A DNA stretch of 64,000 nucleotides from Ginglymostoma cirratum (GCA_024137785.1 JAHRHZ010000116.1:609421-673420), one strand, 5' to 3'; counted from the stretch's first letter, positions 25,209 to 38,759 are shown. Numbers and translations: made by a program. The notes: generated by a model from the letters alone, not told the origin.

Positions 25209-25835
25209 CCATTATCGTGATGTAAGGTCAGTCTACTTCTGTGAAGCCTTTGTGTTCAGTGAAAGAGACAGACATCCAAAAAGAGGGAGAAAGGAAGGTA
25301 AAGGGAGCTGAGGCAAATGTGCCAGGGAGAGCCAAAAGAGGGATCGTGATAATAGCATTGATCTTGAATGCAAAAGAACATCAAGAGAGGGCCAGCGTAA
25401 AGGGGAAAATGGGAAAAGTGATATCAGAGTTCGGGGCAGATAAGATTGATTCGGAGATCAGCAATGCAAGAGGTAGGATATGAGGTTCTGTAAATTGTGC
25501 ATGGTTCCATGTGTAGGGCCTCAGAAATTTTGTGGTCGTTCAGTCTTCTCGAGTGTGCCATGCATGGACAAATTCAGGCTAAATATTAATAAGTTAACAA
25601 CAAACATGTGCGAATAGTGGCTATCAAAGATGAGCGTGTACCTGTGGAATTGCCTATCATGGTGAAAGTTAATGTGTCAAATTCTTGTGACTCGGTTTTG
25701 AGTACAGTTGCTGTAACGTGGTTCAGGGCGTACCTTTCCACTGAGTGGTAGTTCTCCTCCGACTGCCATCATTGCATCCTCATTGACACAAGCACGTGAG
25801 TTGGTAGCATCGGAAGAAACAACAGTTGTTTGTTA

Positions 25836-27370
25836 AAGAGATAACAAAGTGGAGAGTTGGATAAAGACAGCAGGCCAAGCAGCATAAGAGGAGCAGGAAA
25901 GCTGACGTTTCGGGCCTAAACCCTTCTTCACAATTTGGGGAGCGGAAGAGGGTTCTGAAATAAATAGGGAGAGGAGGGGAGGCGGATAGAAGATGGATAG
26001 AGGAGAAGATAGGTGGAGAGGAGACAGGCAAGTCAAAGAGGCGGAGATGGAGCCAGTTAAGGTGAGTGTAGGTCCGGAGATCGGAGGGGATAGGTCAGTC
26101 CAGGGAGGACGGACAGGCCAAGGGGGAGGGATGAGGCTAGTAGGTAGGAGATGGGGGTGGGGCTTGAGGTGAGAGAAGGGCGTAGGTGGGAGTAATTACA
26201 GGTTAGGGAGGCAGGGACAAACTGGGCTGGTTTTGGGATGCGGTTGGAGGAGGGGAGATTTTGAAGCTTGTGATGTCCAAATTGATACCATTGGTCTGCA
26301 GGGTTCCCAGGTGGAATATGAGGTGCTGTTCCTGCAACCTTCGGGTGGCATTGTTGTGGCACTGCAGGAGGCCCAGGATGGACATGTCGTCTAAGGAATA
26401 GGGGGGGGCGTTGAAATGGTTCGCAACTGGGAGGTGCAGTTGTTTAGTGCGAACCTAGAGTAGGTGTTCCGCAAAGCCGCCCCCAAGCCTCTGTTTGGTT
26501 TCCCCGATGGAGAGGAGGACACAACGGGAACAGCAGATACAGTATATCACACTATCAGATGTGCAGGTCAACATCTGCTCGATTTGGAAAATCTTCTTGG
26601 GGCCTGGAATGGAGGTGAGGGGAGAGTTGTAGGGGCAGGTGTAGCACTTCCTGCCGTTTTGGGGAAAAGTGCCGGGTGTGGTGGGGCTGGAGGGTAGAGT
26701 GGAGGGGACAAGGGAGTCCCAGAGAGAGTGGTCCCTCTGGAAAGCAGATAAGGGTGGGGGCGGGAATAATGTCTTTGTTGGTGGGGTCGGTTTGCAGATG
26801 GCAGAAGTGTCGGAGTATGATGTGTTGGATCTGGAGATTGGTGGGGTGGTACTTGGGGACGAGGGGGATTCTGTTTTGGTTATTAATGCGGGAGGTGATG
26901 TGAGGGATGAGTTGTGGGAAATGCGGGAGACGTGGTCGAGGGTGTTCATGACCACTGAGGAGGGGAAGTTGCAGTCCTTGAAAAACGAGGACATCTGAGA
27001 TGTTCGGGAATGGAATGCCTCATCCTGAGAGCAGATGCGGCAGAGGCGAAGGAATTGGGAATAGGGAATGGCATTTTTGCAGGAATGTGGGTGGGAGGAG
27101 GTGTATTCTAGGTAGCTGTGGGAGTCGGTGGGCTTGAAAGGGATATCAGTTTTCAGGTGGTTGCCATAAATGGAAACAGAGAGTTCCAGGAAGAAGAGAG
27201 AGGTATCAGAGATGGTCCAGGTGAACTTAAGATTGTGGTGGAAGGTGTTGGTGAAGTGGATGAAGTGTTCGAGCTCCTCGTGGAAGCACATGGCGCCGCC
27301 GATACAGTCATCAATGTAAAGGAGGAAGAGGTGGGGCTTCAGGCCAGTGTAGCTTCGGAAGAGGGATTAT
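25836..27370 (-). mobile_element. Penelope-like retroelement, 5'-truncated (RT C-terminus + GIY-YIG endonuclease + pLTR)
   Basis: YIDD at 27318-27307, in frame with ORF 26455-27291. GIY-YIG-type VIYCICCSRCVLLSIGETKQRL..F.EH; QEQHLIFHLGTLQTNGIN; hammerhead-like gtgaagaagggtttaggcccgaaacgtc near 25904-25931. Confidence 0.92.
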
Positions 27371-27843
27371 TTGTGTACAATACCGGGTAACTACAATATG
27401 CTGTCCGAAGTTTATACTTACACAGAGAGACAAACGAACTCACCTTGAATCAAACCGTCACACAACTGCTCCCCAGAGATGCTGAGGAAATGAACTGCAG
27501 CCTCCGTGCACGCACAGAAGCAGAGTCGAATCATACCTGAAAGCAACAGTTCTAACCCCACAATCAACTATCCGCTGTCATGTGATTTGCAGAAAATGAG
27601 GTGGGTGACAGCTGTCATTCTCCGTGTTTTCTATCGTTGTTGCTGCCAAAAAGCAGCAAGATGGGTGCACCCAAGTACATGATGGCAGATTACTGCGGTC
27701 GTGTTTCTTTTTCCTTCGAATGTGTATCACTTGAGCACTGATTTGAATGTATTGAGGGAATGCTAAATTTATCCTCCATCATTTTCGTGATTGCACAGAA
27801 ATGTGTCTGTTGGTTGAGCACATAACATGACATCCAGACATCT

Positions 27844-27844
<1 letters not shown>

Positions 27845-27874
<30 letters not shown>
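27845..27874. repeat. (GT)n microsatellite
   Basis: Direct reading. Confidence 0.95.
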
Positions 27875-27877
<3 letters not shown>

Positions 27878-30154
27878 GGTTCAAGCTTACAGTGGAAACT
27901 GCAACACTAATCCCACGCTGTATCTTATATCAATCTCCTTCTCTCCGAGTGTTTCTCCTTGTCACTATCAACCATGTCATATTTCTCTACCTCGGTGTAT
28001 CAATCCGTACCGTCTTTCATCCTCTCCGGTTCTGTCTCCCTGTCTTTGGCTTGAGTTTCACGTTCATTCTCTCCTACTTTACTCTGTGTAGGGGCACTCA
28101 GCGTTAATCTGACCTATGAAACCATAATAGACGAAATAAAACAGCTTCAGACAGTGGACTTAATCTAAAATTCTACATACTTCCGACCAGCTGCATTTTT
28201 GCATCGATCGTTCTCGTTACTGACTCCGGTCTTGTTCTCCAGAATTAGATATCGTGTTGTGTTAGAGGTATTGGGTCTTTGCTTTTCATTTGATATTCAA
28301 GTAGAAGGGTCACAGCTGAAATTCATGCGACAGACTTTTGTGCATACTAAACTGGAGGGCCACTGTTTATTTAGGTGTTGGGTTTTGGTTTACAGAATGC
28401 ACAGAACAGGTTTCTGCATTTAACTGTCTTTAATCAGTCTTAATGTGTTTTATTATGTGTTGGAACACTGAAAGGAAGGCCCTCTTCAAATCCCTGTAGG
28501 TCGATGTCCAGTAGCAGACTGTGCGCTATCAGCAAGGACCACTGACTTCGTTAGACAGTACTTTCAGTCTCAGCCTTAAAGGACGAGGGCAGCAGGTACA
28601 TGGGGCAGACCTGATCTGCTCTCAGCTACTCAGCATATTAACTTGGAAATATTTTGCGAATCAATGCGATGGCATAGACAGTGATACCCATTTCAGATCA
28701 GTGAGTGTTATGAAGAATCCCAGTGAGCAGTATATGCCAATGGGTCATCAGCACATTCCTCGTAGCGAGAGTGAACCCTTGTCCTCAATATTGATTGCTT
28801 TGTATCTTAAAACAGAAAACTAAATTTCCAAACTTTGACTGAGCACACTCAAGAGATGCAGGCAGGTAATTAGTTAGCAAAGCTATGAGTGAACTCGTGT
28901 CGCATACCTATGAAAGTGTTCAGCACCTCACAGAATCACAAAAATGTTAAGGCATAGAAGGAGGACATTCGGTCCTTTGCATTTTCACTGGTTGTATTAT
29001 CTAGGGCCGATCTCTTGCTTCTCCGACACATCGCTGCATGCCATTTTACCCAATATCCATCCAGTGACCCTCTCCAATAAGTCAACTGAACTTGGAGCCA
29101 CCATAATTCCATATATCGAATTTCAGAACCTCGCCTCTATGTACTTTCCTGAAATTTGCATACAGGACCTTCCTGCCCTTTCCTACTTAAGTCATTCGTA
29201 TTAATATAACCTCAAATTCTGCGCTAATCACGAAAATAGATAACTGATCAGTGAGCAGAGACTCAGAAGAAACCTCCATGACCTGCCTGATTCTCTAAGA
29301 ATCACTGTTGGTCACCCATTCTTCTGCCACTCCCTATGCGGCTAGACACTTGTCTGCTGAGCGACGACAACTCCAAGACGAGTCTGAAAGTGCGGCATGA
29401 GCTGGATCCTGATACTGAAACAAAGTTGAAAGGCACTGATGGTGGTGGGACCTGAGATAGCCCTGGTGCCGACCTTAAGTGATACAATGTGTCCTGTTCA
29501 AAAATGAAATCGCTCCGAAATGAATCAGCCAAAGAACGTCACCAGCAGGAAAGAAATAAGTTGTAAGTAAAAGTCAAACTTTCTGACGTGATCCAGAGGC
29601 TGGAGAATCATATTAAGGACTGAGTGCAGGGAAACACCAATAGATCAGCCAGACCAAAACTGTGGTTTGTAAAAGTGATATCACAGATACTGACGGATGG
29701 AATTGCGACTGAATACATTCAGGCGGATTGTGTGATTATGATGATCTGTAGTTTGAGAGTGGTCGGTTTATGGGGAGAAAAAGGTTTTCCTGTGGGGCGA
29801 AATTTTCTGTATGACGCGCCTAGGCAAAGTGAGGGTCATTAATTGATTAGTTACAAAAAATGATGCAAATTCTGAGAATAAGGCAAAAACAAAGAGTTTT
29901 GAGAGTATAGCTCCTGTGATTCGAAAGGAAGCCAATGTATCCAGATGTTTGGTGCTCCATTTTAAGGATAATGACCGTAACTTAACTCAGGGTCAATCAA
30001 TTCACTGAGAGTCAGTTCTCTTTGTCTCGCCTTCCCAGATTCAGCATTGAGACAAGGTAGTGAGCTTGGAGCACCTGGAGACACTACAGCATTTTTGCAG
30101 ACCGGTGTTTGACAATGGGCGTCTCAAAATATCGGACTGTCCTGTTACATAGAG

Positions 30155-30556
30155 GAGAGCAGCTACTTTACAATTTGTTTGTGTCGGGAGTCACTTTTGA
30201 AGAGTAAATGTGCAGGAAATACATTTAGCATTTCTTTATCAAATATATCTCAAACTGGCATCAACTAGAATTTGTGCAATTGATACTAATTTGTCCTTTC
30301 AGACCTGAGTAATGAAGGTTCGGCCACTCAGTCACTCTCCACAACTGTCGGTACAGAAATAGAAGCGGTGACACTCACCTGTTCCTAAGCAACTGCATCG
30401 ACCTAATTTCAGTTGTTGTGATGCCGAAAGCAACCTTACTAGCATCCCGAGTTTGCATGATTGCAATGCCTTGGATATGCTGACCAGAAAGCAGAATTTG
30501 TTACAATTTGTTCCTCTGCAGATCTCCAGGCCAAAAATAAATTCATCGGCTTAACA
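30155..30556 (+). pseudogene. TCR Valpha/delta-like pseudogene B4, 3'-truncated; closest paralogue of B7
   Basis: Donor a|gtaaatgtg; acceptor tttcag|acctgagt (30303); FR1 ATQSLSTTVGTEIEAVTLTC; several stops; V end and RSS deleted. Confidence 0.8.
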
Positions 30557-31800
30557 CAGCTGTTTGTCTTCGATTACTTGTGAAGTCCTCTATCCGTACC
30601 AACATCCAACCCAACACCCTGCGTACTTTAGATATTAAGCAACCTGGTGTGCGTTACCTTGTTAAGCGTCATCTGGAAGTTGAAGTATCTAACATATTAT
30701 CACTTCTTTTTATCCATTTTTGTGTTATTTCCCTAATAATTCCTCTAAATGTGTCAGTCAGAATTTCTGCTTCACAAAGTAATGGTGAATTTCTTTAATT
30801 ATATGATGTGAAGGTGAAGTCAGCATAGTTACAGAGGACCATACTGTTACTCGCTCACTTCAGAAGAATTAATGGTAGTGGGTCTCAAGCAAGGAACGGA
30901 GAAGGCAGGAGAAGGCAAAACATTCGCTGTCACCTAAAACAGTTCGAGAACTTTACCTGCAATTTTGGCGTTTTACTGAACTGCAAGCTACCTATCTGCC
31001 CAAATAAGTTAACTAACTCCTGATGTGTTGTACATTTCTAAATGCATTCCTATTATACACTTTTCACAACATTATCATTTTCCAAATTATAGATATTAAG
31101 CTAACTGGTCTACTTTGCCAGAAAGAACTTGAGACTGAATGCTGAGAAATAGTCGCGAGATATATTGGAAATTGGTCAAGTGATACCCATAGATATGAGC
31201 CCATATTAATAAGATATGTTGAAAATGAATATGTAATGCAGAGAAAGAGTAGTACAAGAAAAACAAAAATGATTTAAATTTATGTAGGGCTTCGTGAGAC
31301 TTGATTGCCCACAGGTTTTTTTTTCTACCTGATTTGCCAGGATCAAAAACTCCTTTCAGAACGTGGATTTTTGAATACCTGCCAACTCTTTTAAAAAAAT
31401 GTTTCGTTCACGTTTTTCAGTTTTGTTAGAAACGGTTCGATTTTTTTTTCATAGCGTAACGTGCTTATGCGCCTATTTTTGCTAAAATGCCCTTAATATT
31501 TATCAATGTTCTGCAGCTTTCTTTACTAAGAGTGACAGTGAAGGCAATGTACTGTCCCTGTGTGTGAGTTGATGTCACTGTCAGATTGAAAGGGGCGTTG
31601 TGCTGCTGGCCTCCGTCTGAAGTTTCAGTGTCCTCTTGTGCAGGAGTGAATCTCTGCCAATAGAAATGAGCATTGTATTACTTCCAAACACGGAGAAAAA
31701 CACAGAAAGAGAGTCGAGAGACTTTTTGCATCAACTTGCATCATTCCTCCAGACTACGTATCGCCTACTAGAGCGGTCAGCTGGCTTTGAAACGATTTGG

Positions 31801-31982
31801 NNNNNNNNNNNNNNNNNNNNNNNNNNNNNNNNNNNNNNNNNNNNNNNNNNNNNNNNNNNNNNNNNNNNNNNNNNNNNNNNNNNNNNNNNNNNNNNNNNNN
31901 NNNNNNNNNNNNNNNNNNNNNNNNNNNNNNNNNNNNNNNNNNNNNNNNNNNNNNNNNNNNNNNNNNNNNNNNNNNNNNNNNN
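31801..31982. other. Assembly gap
   Basis: N-run. Confidence 0.99.
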
Positions 31983-33041
31983 CAAAACAAATATGCAAAA
32001 TATGCAATCAAAGCGTTCATACAGCCAGATACACATAAGCACTAACATACTGGAAAACGCAGATGCACTTAAACACATGCACACACACAGACAAACAAAT
32101 GTACGCACACACAGAGAGAAACATAAAAATACACTAACACTCACAAATATAGATACAGATGCACAAACTGACACCAAGGGTGCTGTTGCCAAAGACAGCT
32201 ACTGTTCCTCTTACACAGATAGACAGTGCATCATGTTCTGCGAGGCCTTTGTGAGCAATGAGCTAGAAGGACATTCACACAGCTGGAGGAATAGAGGAGA
32301 GATTCAGACCAGTGTATAATACTGAGAGGGACGAAAGGATGATCACACGTAATCTTGAGAGTGAATGCAGAGAACCATTAATAGATGGCCAGGAGAATGG
32401 GGAAATTGGTGAAAGTGACGTTAGAACTACAGATGGATGAGGTTCTAGTTCAATTGAAATCATAGAAGTCATAGAACAGTATAGCAGAGAACAGGCCCTT
32501 CGGACCCACGATGTTGTGCCAACCTATTATCTGACTAAGATTAAACTACCTTGCATAACCTACATTATATTACCATTCATGTGCCTATCCAAGAGTCGCT
32601 TGAATGTCTGAGTTGAGGGATGCTGCAGGTAGGATTTGAGGGTCAGCATTTTAAGAGAGGCAGTTTGTGTGGCCACAATGATTTTTGCTCACGGAACGTG
32701 AGCAAATTGGTCAAGATGAGTGAAAGCATTAGCTGGGGAAGAACAAAACTTGGAGTCAATTGGGGAAGGACGGCAGACAAATGACAGACCATTTAAAGAA
32801 AGACCACCAAGAATTCGTGAAAATAAAAACTACAATGGATTGAACCCAATGTATCAGGATTCCCCTAGCCCCATGTAACAACTGTAGGAGTGTCATTTGG
32901 CTGAGACTGTGGTCTGTTCATCCATGTCTCACAACATTGCCGGCAACACATGGCTGTGAGGTAGGAATATCAGAGAAAAGGCACCAGTTTTGGGATGGTT
33001 ATTTTTAAATATCCAATGGCCCTTTTACACAAAGAACAACA

Positions 33042-33530
33042 GTGCTGCAATCCAGCATTTGGATTGGGTATGGAAAGTTTCTAACAGGTAAATGTGGCGG
33101 GAATACTTTTAACCTTCTTTATATAATCATATTTTAAACTGAGATCAGACAGATTTTTCGTTCCAATTGATATCTGTTTCCCCTTTCAGATCCGTGTCTT
33201 GAATATTCCGTCATCCAGTCACTGTCCTCAGACACTCGGACAGTCGCCAAGGTGGTGACTCTAAGCATAATATTGCATTTAGCACCTGCGTATTTTTCTG
33301 GTACCATCAGCTTTCCGGCACACATCTCGAACATGTACTGAGGAAAGGTGCTGCTGGCTGTGACTGTGAAGCAGGCTTTGCTACAGATCTCTTCTCTGTA
33401 GAACTGCAGACCACAATGTAATTCACCAGTTCGACTGTTAGTGGATTGCAGTTGAATGACGCTGTGGATTATGCCTGCACATTCATGGACACACGTTGAT
33501 GAGAAGCATTTTCATCCTTGTACGAAAACT
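33042..33530 (+). pseudogene. TCR Valpha/delta-like pseudogene B5
   Basis: Leader 33042-33087 (ATG>GTG) with GT donor; V exon from 33190 (SVIQSLSSDTRT..FWYHQ..FSVELQT..LNDAVDYAC); RSS cacgttg (33492)-23-acgaaaact (33522-33530). Confidence 0.85.
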
Positions 33531-34068
33531 GGCTTTGGAAGGTGGAATTTCCACCTGCTGGAGATTGTGCAGAATCCCATGCAGCCGGAATGTGATGTAA
33601 GGAGCTCAAAACTACTACGAGAGAAAACCAAAATAACCTCGTTCAAAGTGTCACCTAACTGCAGAGAAAATAAACTGCAGACTAGCAGCAAGCGCGTAAA
33701 CAAAGAATAAAATCGTATATGATAGCAGCCTGTTGCAGTTGACCATTACTAAAGTTGACTTAAAACTGCCGCTAAGGCCTTTTGAGCTGACACAAGATGA
33801 CCGAAAAACTTTGGTCACTACATATAGAAGTTAACAGCCACACTTGTTGCTTTCATCAAGTGTTACTGGAAAAGATAATGAAGACTTGGTGAGGGAAGAC
33901 TTGGGAGTGTAGTCAGTCAAACATCCATAATCAGAGAGGCACGGATAAAAAATACTTTTTCAGCCAATTAATGTAAAATTTCAATTTAATGTAGACTAGA
34001 AGAGAACAGTGGACCCACTAACAGAAAACATTTTCAGGTAATTGCACATTGTTTAAACAAGTCCACAA

Positions 34069-34070
<2 letters not shown>

Positions 34071-34117
<47 letters not shown>

Positions 34118-34127
34118 NNNNNNNNNN
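34071..34127. repeat. (AC)n microsatellite running into a 10-N gap
   Basis: Direct reading. Confidence 0.95.
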
Positions 34128-35839
34128 ATATATATATATGTATATATAAAGGCAAAAACATAAGGGAATTTAGTTGGTTTTCTGGAAACAGGCAATTCGA
34201 AGCACACAAACATTTCTGATAAGAAAGCATCCTAAAAAATTCTATAAAAAAGACTTTTGGAAACAACCAACCCGAAGTTTGTAGTTTAGGAAGAACCAAA
34301 AGAAAAGTACGATCCCACAATATTCTAAGCTATTTGGGTAATTGTCATTGTATATTAAACATGCCCATATGAATAGTGTGGAATTTAAAGTGTCACCTAC
34401 AAAATTCCATGCAGGAATTTAGTGCAAGTCCTCTGAGCATAAGATGGTAGACAGTAAAAATGAGATCCCTTCATTAACGTGGAGCATGAAGCGATAAATG
34501 GCATGAACAAACAACTTCTAATAGAGTGAAATATATACAGCCTGTGTTGTAAGATCCGAAGGAAGATTGATAGGGAGTTTGATAAAAATTACAAGATCAT
34601 TGGCAGATCTAGGACTATCCTTACAGAGTTGTCCATCATTTATTTTGTGTTTACAGGATTGGATGTGTGGAATGGGGACGTGGGGGTGCACGGGTGACAA
34701 TGACATCAATGTTGCATGCAACTGCTGTGATACGGAATGTATAAAAATGTTGTACTTGACTGGGTGGGAAAGCATGCTCAGCAGATAACTTGCAGGAACC
34801 ATACCCATGCTTTATGGTTCAGAACTCTGAATAAAGAGCAACTGTATTGATAGATACAGGGCTGGGGACTCTTCTTTGACATCTCTCTCTCTCCAACGCA
34901 CTCGTTATCATCCACACCTTTGACAATATGCCGCCATGAAAGATGTCGAGAGTTGGAAACAGCTTTCGTTCTCTGAGTTGCCCACCATCACTTCAGCCAC
35001 AAGGCAGAGAGATGGGATCACACAGACAGCAGTTTAATGAGGGAATAATTTCAGAATGGGTGTCACTGAAGATGCTGATTTGAGCATATAGAAGGCATGC
35101 TGAATAAATTCGGCCATCATGGGATCTGATCACGCAGAACTGTGTCTACCGACTAAGAACAAAATATGGCACCTTCAGCGCGTGTGTGTATGTGCTTGTG
35201 TGTGTGTCTACCTCTGTTTCTGCTTGTACGTGTATGAATCTGTGTGTATCAACTTTCAAGGTAACAGTGAAATTATCAGCACTACTCACTTAATGTTCTT
35301 TATATCAATTTCCATTTCTTTGTTTTTCTTAATTTCATCGCCAACCATCTCACATGTCTTTATCTCCTCGGTTCTCCTTTTATCACTCAGTGCCGTCTTT
35401 ACCCTCTCTGTTGGCTTTTCTCTATCTTTGGTCAAAGTTTCGCCTTCATTCTTTCGTACTGTTGAGTTCTGTCTGGATCAGTGAACTCAGCCTCAATTTG
35501 ATTTCAGAAACTATAACTTATCGAAAATGCAGCCACAAATGGCACTTTAACCTCAATCTCATGTGTCTTCTTATCAGCTACAGAATCACGATGATGAATC
35601 TCAAAAGGGACTCCACAATTGTTCTTTGGGTTTAATTTATATTATAACTCGGAGGACACGGGTATTAGCTTGATTGATTGGTTGATTGAAACGTGTACCG
35701 AAGTATAGTCAAAAGCTTTGTTTATGAGCAGCATAGACATATCATTGTAGGCAAGAATGTCCAGATCGAAAAGACTTAACAAGAAGAATATGGGTTACAT
35801 TGCAAAGGGCGTACACTAGGCTAGATCAACGTTAGCAAG

Positions 35840-36115
35840 ATGAGTATTACTTGAGGCTGGAGAATCCATTCATCTGTCCGAGAATTATCAGGAAGAAGTT
35901 GGTCCTAAACCTGCTCGTGTGTATGTTCAGACTTCTGTGTCTTCTGCCAGAGGGAAAATGTGAGAGATCATTACCAGGATGCGATGAGTCTTTAAAGATG
36001 CTGGCAGCCTTTCCACGGCAGCGAGTCCTGGAAAGTCTGTCCACGGATGGAAGGTTGGCATCCATGATGATTTGGGCTGTGCACACTACCTTCTATAGTT
36101 TCTTATGGTCCTGGG
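35840..36115 (-). mobile_element. Rex1/Babar-like LINE 3' fragment
   Basis: Minus ORF LPSVD..RCRGKAASIFKDSSHP..PSGRRHRS..TSRFRTNFF resembles the Rex1 C-terminus. Confidence 0.7.
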
Positions 36116-37506
36116 CTTTTGTGTGGTTGGAGGTATAGCATCTGAACTTCTTGCTCAGGCCTATGGTGCATTCTAAGGAGGACAGCTGCTGTTTATTTCC
36201 GGGTTGTACTTCTGTCAATAAGACATGGAGATGAAGGTACGATTAGCATTGATGATCCTCAAGCTACATGCAGTCATCCCAGGTGAGTTACACTTTTGAT
36301 TCTGACCACTATCCGTCTTGATTATTTTCATATTACAAATTTCTGATAATCTCGCTACTAGATTTGTAAAAGATTCCCTGAAGTACTTTGAGAGTTAGGA
36401 GGTAAACAAAATAATTGACAGCATCTCCCAAGCCCAAGACCGCTCCTACCCAGAAGGAAAAGCGCAACAGATTACATGGGCGCAGAAACAACTGCAAATT
36501 CCCCTCCAAGCCACTCACCATTCGAATTTAGCAACATATCACACTTTCTTCAGTGTCGCTGGTTCATAAACCTGGAATCCACTCACTAAGGGCTCCTATG
36601 TCTACCTGTACACCAAGTGTTTCAGGCATTTGAAATTTCAATTCACCACCACCTCTTCAAGGGGTGTCGTGGTGGGCTGTACGCATGTTGTCAGCCAGAA
36701 ACTTACACTTCTTAAAAGAGAAGAAATCTCCCAGTCGCCAATAGCATCGCTGAAGAGTCAAGTTGATATATTTTATTCAATGGATAGTAAGAATCTGAGA
36801 CTCTGACACATGGTGGGGCTTTATGAATGGAACAAATATCTGTATACTAACAGGTAGACAGAAGACGCTGTGTTTTGAATACTAATTTTAGCAAGGACCC
36901 GCTCAGTTTCCACCCCTCCCCACCTTGAAACACAACTTGAGAATGTTCATTTACATTATATTTACAAGTCTTGTCACCTTTTGGCCTCCTGCAACCTGCC
37001 TAGAATGAACAAGTTGTCTCATAACGAAAAGTGATTTGTTTCTGCTGGAGTTTAGAAAAGTCAGACGTAATTGGATTGAAACATATAATACGATGAGAAG
37101 ACTGTATTAGGTCAGTGTAGAAAGGATGTTTTCTCTTGTGGGATCGCCAAGATCTGTACATAATTGCTTGAAAATAAGGGTGTGGCCTTTTAAAACGGAG
37201 ATGAAGAAACATTATTTCTCTCAGATGGTTCTGAATTTTTGGAATTTCCTTCCTGAAGTCTGTGAATGCAGAATCCTGAATTATATTTAAGGCAGATGCA
37301 GACATAATTCTGATGATTAAGGGTATGAAAGAATATTAAGGCTGTCAGGAAGATAAACCAAGATTAAATTCAGATAAATCAAAATCGTATTAAATGGGGG
37401 AGAGTCTGTAAAGGGGCGAGCTGCCCAATCCAGAACCCTCTTTGTACACTCATATGATAATAACCATTTTGTTGGTTCGAGCCTATAAACCCATATGAAG
37501 TTGCTG

Positions 37507-37944
37507 GCGTCAAAACAATCAGCTTATTTCTTCTCGACCTCTCTTCTCCATTATCTGAAGAATGCCAGTGTTGTTTGTCCAGTCGTCGGTGGACGAGACA
37601 CATCCTAACATAAGGCCTTATTATCTGTGTCCTTCAGGAAACCTTTCCGAATCTTTTATTCCCCAGCTGGATGCTGAGCTGGCTGCTTAGAGTGGACAGA
37701 GTGTCAGCTTCATTTTCTGCTACACAGAGCCTGTCCTGCTACCAGCTCTTCGTTTATTCTCAGCCGCTGCTTCTGTGACCGCAGCTGTTTATGTCAAAAG
37801 ATACTCTACCTCCTGGCTGGTCAAAACCTAGAATGCTTTCAGTTCAACAGTCTCACAGCTGTTGGCTGAGAATTCCTGAAAATAGTTCTGTATCTTAACC
37901 ATGATCACAGTGTTGTATTTATTGCAACAATCTCTATATTGACT
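37507..37944 (+). pseudogene. Second-family TCR-V-like pseudogene C1
   Basis: Leader 37507-37561 (start and donor mutated); acceptor cttcag|ga (37638); NLSESFIPQLDAELAA*SGQSVSFIFC..AFSSTVSQLLAENS*K*FC; CACAGTG at 37906-37912 with a poor nonamer at 23 nt. Confidence 0.72.
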
Positions 37945-38674
37945 AATCCATGTATACGGTCTCTGAGAGACAGGATCACCAACACTGTTCTGAACATTAG
38001 GCAACATTATTGTGTGAAACAGAGTGCAAGTCTCTAATTAAGTTATGGATAGACAGACAAATGGAGGGAGAGATAGAAAAAAAATTGTAAACAGGTACAA
38101 AGAGGCAAACGGATGGTCAGCTAGATGCCCAGACAGGTAGGACAACAACAAAGTACTTAGACATAAATAGATAGATAGATTGATAGATAGATACTGGACA
38201 CACAGGTGATTCGGAAATCATGTAGACTGACTGACAGAGAGTTAGATAAATCGATACTTGATAAAGTACCATTAATATAGCTGCATGTATACTTCTGATA
38301 TCGCTGCACTGCCCTTTCCACCAAAATGTCCCTTCATTCAACTTCTTGCAGATTTTTGTAGACAGATTTCCAAATGATTCCCTAGCCACATTCAGACACT
38401 TTGTTATACTTGGTCACTTCGCTACTTGGAGAAATAAAATGAGTTTTAAGCCTTTACATACCATCTGGGAGGTATCCAGAAGCGTTTGTAATGGCTTCAG
38501 TCATTCACAAAATCGTTCTCTATGTTCCCTGGTACAATTGACCGTCTCTATAATCTTCACACTATCCACTACTGTAATCACCACACTGACCACTTCTGTA
38601 TCATTTATTTTGATTCCCTCTGTAATGTTAAAAGAGTCTTTCCACACTTACTCAAGTGAACCACTCTATGATTT

Positions 38675-38677
<3 letters not shown>

Positions 38678-38728
<51 letters not shown>

Positions 38729-38759
38729 CGTGTGTGTGTGCGTGCGTGTGCGTGTGTGG
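38678..38759. repeat. (GT)n/(GCGT) microsatellite
   Basis: Direct reading. Confidence 0.95.
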
